Part shown: in pieces, positions 18,016 to 21,980 of the stretch | Position numbering within the stretch: position 1 is the stretch's first letter | Layout of the letters: every line of letters starts with the position of its first letter | DNA from: a bacterium | Lineage (GTDB): Bacteria > Methylomirabilota > Methylomirabilia > CAVQYV01 | Reading direction: 5' to 3' | NCBI GenBank assembly: GCA_043800755.1 | Contig: JAZDMQ010000106.1 | Coordinates: forward strand, 1-21,980 | Length of the DNA: 21,980 bases | The notes under the pieces: model-generated | Seen by the model: only the letters and a program-made list of their open reading frames with translations | What the model was told of the DNA's origin: nothing | Databases searched by the model: none | Program-made: the position numbers and the translations under genes

Positions 18016-19098
18016 TCAGGCTTTCAAGGACGAAATCCCCAAGGCCTCCGGGATGCTTTGATGGTAGGGTGGACGGAGAATTCCCCTTTCGGTGATAAAG
18101 CCGCTAATCTGGTCCCCGGGGGTGATATCGAAGGCCGGATTGGCTGCTCGGGCCCCGGCCGGGGCCACGAGGACTCCCTGAACGCACCTCACCTCATCCT
18201 CCCCCCTCTGCTCGATGACGATCTCCGCACCGTTTGCCGTGGAAGGGTCGAAGCTGGAGAGGGGGGCAGCTACATAGAAAGGAATCCGGTGCGCCCTGCA
18301 GAGCACCGAGAGGCTATAGGTGCCGATCTTGTTGGCCGTATCCCCGTTGGCCGCAACCCGATCTGCACCCACCAGGACCAGGTCGATCTCCCCCTTCGCC
18401 ATGAAATAACCGGCCATGCTATCGGTGATGAGGACCATGGGAATTTGATCCTGCATCAGCTCCCAGGCGGTGAGGCGAGAGCCCTGAAGGTAAGGGCGGG
18501 TTTCGTCCACATAGACCAGGATCGGGTTCCCTTCGGCAAAGGCAGAACGGATGACCCCCAGGGCGGTCCCGTGGCCTCCGGTGGCCAGGGCTCCCGCGTT
18601 GCAGTGGGTCAGGATCCGGGCGCCCCTCGGTATCAGGGCCTTCCCTAATTCGCTCAGTTTGAGATTTGTCCTGAGGTCCTCCTCGGCGATGGCGAGGGCC
18701 TCCTGGATCAGCCTCTCCTTGAGCATAGGAATGGAAAGGGACTGGCTCTCCTGGACCACCCTGGCCATCCGTTCGATCGCCCAAAAGAGGTTGCGGGCGG
18801 TGGGGCGCGTCTTCCCCATCTGGTCGGCGAGGGTGCGAAACGCAGCAGCGAATGCCCCGGGATCCTCCTCGGGGAGCGCTTGAGCCCCCAGCGCCAACCC
18901 CATGGCGGCGGCGATGGCCAAGGCCGGGGCCCCCCGGATGAGCATGTCGCGAATAGCCGACAGCACAGAGGGAAAATCCCGGCACTCCACCCAGACCTCC
19001 TGGTGGGGCAGCATCCTCTGATCCAGCAGCCGAATGGTCGCCTCGGCCGTCCACTCGATGGGTTTAAGCGGCATCTCTCCCGAATCCCCAGGGGGCAT
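18016..19098 (-). CDS. mtnA: S-methyl-5-thioribose-1-phosphate isomerase (eIF-2B alpha/beta/delta-like family).
   Basis: 360 aa. MPLKPIEW... N-terminus, GAPALAIAAAMGLALGA, and C-terminal GADRVAANGDTANKIGTYSLSVLCRAHRIPFYVAAP signature of MtnA/e2b2 isomerases. ATG at 19098 has SD GAAGGGAGAG. An internal ATG at 19074 is possible. Confidence 0.85.
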   Translation of the reverse strand: MPPGDSGEMPLKPIEWTAEATIRLLDQRMLPHQEVWVECRDFPSVLSAIRDMLIRGAPALAIAAAMGLALGAQALPEEDPGAFAAAFRTLADQMGKTRPTARNLFWAIERMARVVQESQSLSIPMLKERLIQEALAIAEEDLRTNLKLSELGKALIPRGARILTHCNAGALATGGHGTALGVIRSAFAEGNPILVYVDETRPYLQGSRLTAWELMQDQIPMVLITDSMAGYFMAKGEIDLVLVGADRVAANGDTANKIGTYSLSVLCRAHRIPFYVAAPLSSFDPSTANGAEIVIEQRGEDEVRCVQGVLVAPAGARAANPAFDITPGDQISGFITERGILRPPYHQSIPEALGISSLKA

Positions 19099-19987
19099 TC
19101 TGGATCTCTCCCTTCTCCAGCAGCTTCCGGGTGTGGGAAGAGATCCTGTGGCTCTTCCTGCTGATCCGGCGTATTATGTCCTTGTCCGACCTGGACAGCC
19201 GGGTGATCCCCCGGTATTCCATGTAGAAGCGAAGGCGATCTGTCAGGGTGAACCAGCCTTTGGGGGCGGAGAAATTCAGGCTGGCCAGATCCTTGACCCG
19301 CCAACGGTGAGCCCTCCACCGGGAGGGAATCACCCGCTGCAGATCCATCAAATAAAGCTCAAGCCCTCCTTCTTCCTGGGGTCGGACGAAAAGATGACCC
19401 AGATAGAGGTCACGATGGAAAAGGCCCCCCTCGTGCATGCGGCGGACCAGCAGGGCCAGCTGCCGCACCAGATGCCTTTTTCGAAGGAGGAGGGCGGGAT
19501 CAAGGGGGAGAAGAAAATGCCGGGGAAGGTACTCGCTCAGGCGGCAGGCCCCGGTAAGCTCTTGGGAGATGAGGAAAGATTCCACTTCCCATCCCCATCG
19601 CCTCTTTTCTCCGAAGCCGACTGGGTCCACGGTGGGGATCCCCAGCTGCCGGATCTTCCAGATGTTCTCCCATTCCCTCCTCCCGCCGGAGACCACCTTC
19701 CCCCGGTTGAGGAGTTCCCGGATCTGCTGCCTCAGGGGGGGGCGGCGATGGCGTTTCAAGAAAAAAGACCCCTTCCCTTCTCCATCTACGAGGGAAAAGC
19801 GAGAGACGGAGCGAGGGCCTTGCTCCTTGAATAGCTCTCCTCCCCGAAAGTCCATCACGGCCTGTACGCCTCCCAGGCCGTATTGGAGGAAGAGAGGAAG
19901 GAAGGAACTACGCATGACCATCCGCCCCCTATCCAACAGAGCGAGGTCTGAATCTTCCTGATTTTGTGGCATCCGATGCCCCTGCAT
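19064..19987 (-). CDS. Lipopolysaccharide core heptose(I) kinase-like protein (WaaP/RfaP/InaA family, Kdo/WaaP kinase fold).
   Basis: 307 aa. GSFFLKRHRRP, REWENIWKIRQLGIPT, GFGEKRR, and catalytic-loop LFHRDLYLGHLFV followed by LELYLMDLQRV and RWRVKDLASLNFS. These closely parallel E. coli WaaP motifs (SYFLKWHRG, REWNAIHRL, HRDCYICHFLL, IDLHRA, RWRDKDLIGLYFS). The 3' end overlaps mtnA by 35 nt (11 nt if the ATG at 19074 is used). Confidence 0.8.
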   Translation of the reverse strand: MQGHRMPQNQEDSDLALLDRGRMVMRSSFLPLFLQYGLGGVQAVMDFRGGELFKEQGPRSVSRFSLVDGEGKGSFFLKRHRRPPLRQQIRELLNRGKVVSGGRREWENIWKIRQLGIPTVDPVGFGEKRRWGWEVESFLISQELTGACRLSEYLPRHFLLPLDPALLLRKRHLVRQLALLVRRMHEGGLFHRDLYLGHLFVRPQEEGGLELYLMDLQRVIPSRWRAHRWRVKDLASLNFSAPKGWFTLTDRLRFYMEYRGITRLSRSDKDIIRRISRKSHRISSHTRKLLEKGEIQNAPWGFGRDAA

Positions 19988-20060
19988 CGCCCCTATTACC
20001 TACCATAGAGGCCCAGGGGTGTCAACGGATTATTGAGGATGGCGAAAGTCCGGTGCGAGC

Positions 20061-20091
20061 AAAAAAGAAAGGGTCGGGATTGCCCCGACCC
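20061..20091 (-). terminator. Intrinsic (Rho-independent) terminator downstream of the PEGA-protein gene.
   Basis: Plus strand: aaaaaagaaa-GGGTCGGG-attgc-CCCGACCC. On the minus-strand transcript this is an 8-bp GC-rich stem with a 5-nt loop followed by a UUUCUUUUUU tract, about 60 nt after the stop at 20155. Confidence 0.6.
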
Positions 20092-20154
20092 TTGCCCTGA
20101 AACTCCCTTTAATATCAGAGAGAGGCAGATTCGGCCCTTCCCTCCGATCTGCGA

Positions 20155-20526
20155 TCAATCCCTGACTCCTGGCAGTTGGCAATATTGAGGGCCTCCCTCC
20201 CACATGGTCGTGGGAATCGGAACCAGCCTCACCTTGATCTCGGTCGGCTCCGCGGCTGAGGCATCTACCTGCAGGTTCTTGGCTATGAAGCCCCGCGCCT
20301 TGATCACCAGGCCCCGCTTCCCCGCCGGCACCTCCAGGGTGCAGGGGGTAATCCCCTCCTGTCCTGTGTCCACCGTGACCGCGGCCCCCTCAGGGTCGGA
20401 GACCACCTTGAGGATCGCATTGCCCGCCCAACAAGTTCCAGCAAAGGCCCCCCATCCCAGGATCATCAGGATAAACAGGGCCATCCACCCATACTGTGCT
20501 CTCTTCGCAGCTCTGCCAGCCGTCAT
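20155..20526 (-). CDS. Small membrane-anchored PEGA-domain protein.
   Basis: ATG at 20526 preceded by AGAAGGGAG (SD, 7-nt spacer). N-terminal TM/signal-anchor MALFILMILGWGAFAGTCWA. PEGA-like beta-sandwich motif VVSDPEGAAVTVDTGQEGITPCTLEVPAGKRGLVIKARGF. The track ORF is extended to 20691, which would run through the upstream terminator, so that extension is rejected. Confidence 0.6.
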   Translation of the reverse strand: MTAGRAAKRAQYGWMALFILMILGWGAFAGTCWAGNAILKVVSDPEGAAVTVDTGQEGITPCTLEVPAGKRGLVIKARGFIAKNLQVDASAAEPTEIKVRLVPIPTTMWEGGPQYCQLPGVRD

Positions 20527-20659
20527 TTCAGTCTCCCTTCTATTGGATTCTCCTAAAAGAAGATATGATGCCTCATGATGATCGGACCACAAAGGAGGTA
20601 AAGGCTTGCTCGCCATTGGGCTACGATCGGAAACCCTGGCTGCGGGAATCGGCCCGGAC

Positions 20660-20689
20660 AAAAAAAGGGGGGGCAGATGCTGCCCCCCC
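20660..20689 (-). terminator. Intrinsic terminator downstream of the DUF362 gene.
   Basis: Plus strand: aaaaaaa-GGGGGGGCAG-atg-CTGCCCCCCC. On the minus-strand transcript this is a perfect 10-bp G/C stem followed by a U7 tract, 28 nt after the stop at 20717. Confidence 0.7.
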
Positions 20690-20716
20690 ACCTTCTAAGC
20701 GGTCAAGCAGATGCAA

Positions 20717-21922
20717 TTACCACCGTGGATAGTTGGGCACTCCATAGAGCGGATCGCGATACAGCTGATCCCAGTTGGAGACCTTTCCGTACATGGTTGG
20801 GGTCCAGGGCCACTTGCGGGCCTTGTAGGGATGCCGCGCGAAGTCCTGGATGATCGCCTCTTCCAGGGGCACACCCACCACCTCGATCTCGTCATACTCC
20901 ATCTTGCCCAGGCCGTGCTGTGCGGCCAGGCGGGTGGTGCCGATATTCCTCGGGTTCATGTTCATGATCGCGGTGCAGATGGCATCCACCGCCACCGGAT
21001 CTTTGCTGGCCATGAGCATGCCAGTGAGGACGTAGGGGGCGGCGGGGACCCAGGTCCCGGCATAGACCGCGTCGATGATGTGCATCTGCCTCGGCACCAG
21101 CTTCTGGGCGATGTAGTTCACATCGACATGGACTTCGGCCACATTCCGGTGGGGCAGGCCGAACTTGCACATCCCAATCACCCTGGCAGAGGGCAGGCCG
21201 ATGCCCACGTTCTTCAGGGCGAAGGTCACGCCCGCATACTCGTGGGTCTTGAAGGCGGTGATGGGCACCATGCACTGCACCTGCTTCAAGAGCTTGGGAA
21301 TAGGATACTGCTTGGTGGCCAGACCCAGCCCGGTCATCATCTCCCAGTTCTCGCAGAGGTCGATGAGCTCATACTTGATGCCCATATCCGCATATCTCTT
21401 CTGGTTCCATTCCAGACCGTAATTCCTGTAGGTCGCCCAGGCGTCGCCCAGGGCGGGGCACTCGGCGATGATGATCCTGCCGGCCCCCATCTCCTTGGCT
21501 ATCCTGGCTACCGCTAAGCAGGCACGGGGATCCGCAAAGGCGCCCTGGATGCTGTTGTCGTCCCCATATCCCATCCACTGCATGGGATAGAAGCTCAGGA
21601 CGAAGTTGGGCTTGATCAGGATGGTCTCGCCCTTCTTCAGCGGGAGGCCGCCAGCGAGATCGATGACCTCCTTCATGTACTTGTACCAGACTTCCTCGCT
21701 CTCCAGATCCCAGGTGGCGTGGGTATAGTCACCGGTCGCATCGTGGTATTCTGTGGTCTGCTCATGAGCCACATCATCATTGATGTGGAATTTCCCATCG
21801 AGCATCTTCGCATCTGCGTCGGTCGCCTTCACGACGGCGACTACGCTCTTGGCGGCCATGGCGACCGCTGAGAAGGCAACCACCACTCCTAAAGCCAACA
21901 ACAGAATTAAGATCTTCTTCAT
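20717..21922 (-). CDS. Secreted DUF362-domain protein.
   Basis: ATG at 21922 with SD AGAGGTGA (6-nt spacer) gives a classical signal peptide MKKILILLLALGVVVAFSAVAMAAKS. DUF362 hallmarks are present: ILIKPNFV and HIIDAVYAG. The track ORF starts at an upstream GTG (21955) that adds a non-hydrophobic 11-aa extension. Confidence 0.7.
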   Translation of the reverse strand: MKKILILLLALGVVVAFSAVAMAAKSVVAVVKATDADAKMLDGKFHINDDVAHEQTTEYHDATGDYTHATWDLESEEVWYKYMKEVIDLAGGLPLKKGETILIKPNFVLSFYPMQWMGYGDDNSIQGAFADPRACLAVARIAKEMGAGRIIIAECPALGDAWATYRNYGLEWNQKRYADMGIKYELIDLCENWEMMTGLGLATKQYPIPKLLKQVQCMVPITAFKTHEYAGVTFALKNVGIGLPSARVIGMCKFGLPHRNVAEVHVDVNYIAQKLVPRQMHIIDAVYAGTWVPAAPYVLTGMLMASKDPVAVDAICTAIMNMNPRNIGTTRLAAQHGLGKMEYDEIEVVGVPLEEAIIQDFARHPYKARKWPWTPTMYGKVSNWDQLYRDPLYGVPNYPRW

Positions 21923-21980
21923 GGATTCACCTCTTTGCTTGGTTAGAAAGCTCACGATCTGCCTTGCCTCACAACAAGCT

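Noticed and set aside
19988-20154. Checked intergenic regions (19988-20154, 20527-20716, 5820-5972, 12472-12525) for tRNA/small RNA or riboswitches (THF upstream of fhs, TPP upstream of thiD).
   Set aside because: There are no tRNA-like T-arm/anticodon-arm signatures. The spacers (54-167 nt) are too short or lack the conserved cores of THF/TPP riboswitches. The structured elements present are explained as terminators.
20527-20691. N-terminal extension of the PEGA ORF to 20691, and a plus-strand SD-like AAAGGAGGT + TTG mini-ORF (about 20591-20700).
   Set aside because: The minus-strand extension would read through the intrinsic terminator hairpin at 20660-20689. The plus-strand 30-codon frame runs into the same hairpin, is Gly/Pro-rich and has no support. 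The region is better read as the promoter/5' UTR of the PEGA gene.
1-21980. Mobile elements, CRISPR arrays, prophage or defence islands.
   Set aside because: No transposase or integrase-like ORFs, no direct repeat arrays, and no abrupt compositional shift are evident. Gene content is core housekeeping.

Overview
This is a GC-rich (about 60-65%) bacterial chromosomal segment of 21,980 bp in which every convincing gene (20 CDS) lies on the minus strand. The genes are packed with very short gaps or overlaps, suggesting one or a few long co-directional transcription units. In order from high to low coordinate (direction of transcription) the genes are: secreted DUF362 protein; PEGA-domain protein; WaaP-family LPS kinase overlapping mtnA; 170-aa hypothetical protein; SPFH (YdjI-like) protein with C-terminal zinc ribbons; Slt-type lytic transglycosylase; MscS channel fused to a cNMP-binding domain; thiD; DUF89 damage-control phosphatase; tail-anchored double zinc-ribbon protein; coaBC; family-4 uracil-DNA glycosylase; priA (ATPase motifs degenerate); fhs; TrmN6-like methyltransferase; a C-N hydrolase and nadE as two adjacent genes, not a fusion; cysteine-cluster protein; rlmI-like methyltransferase (3' end runs off the window). 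The plus-strand ORFs in the supplied track are all antisense shadows of these genes. I see no rRNA, tRNA, CRISPR array, transposase or integrase. Two intrinsic terminators and one sigma70-like promoter (for fhs) are visible. Several track ORFs use GTG/TTG-extended starts; internal ATG starts with a Shine-Dalgarno sequence fit better. The points most worth a second look are the PriA with lost ATPase motifs, the SPFH/zinc-ribbon plus coiled-coil plus lytic transglycosylase module, the waaP-mtnA overlap, and the zinc-ribbon membrane protein embedded in the DUF89-coaBC cluster.
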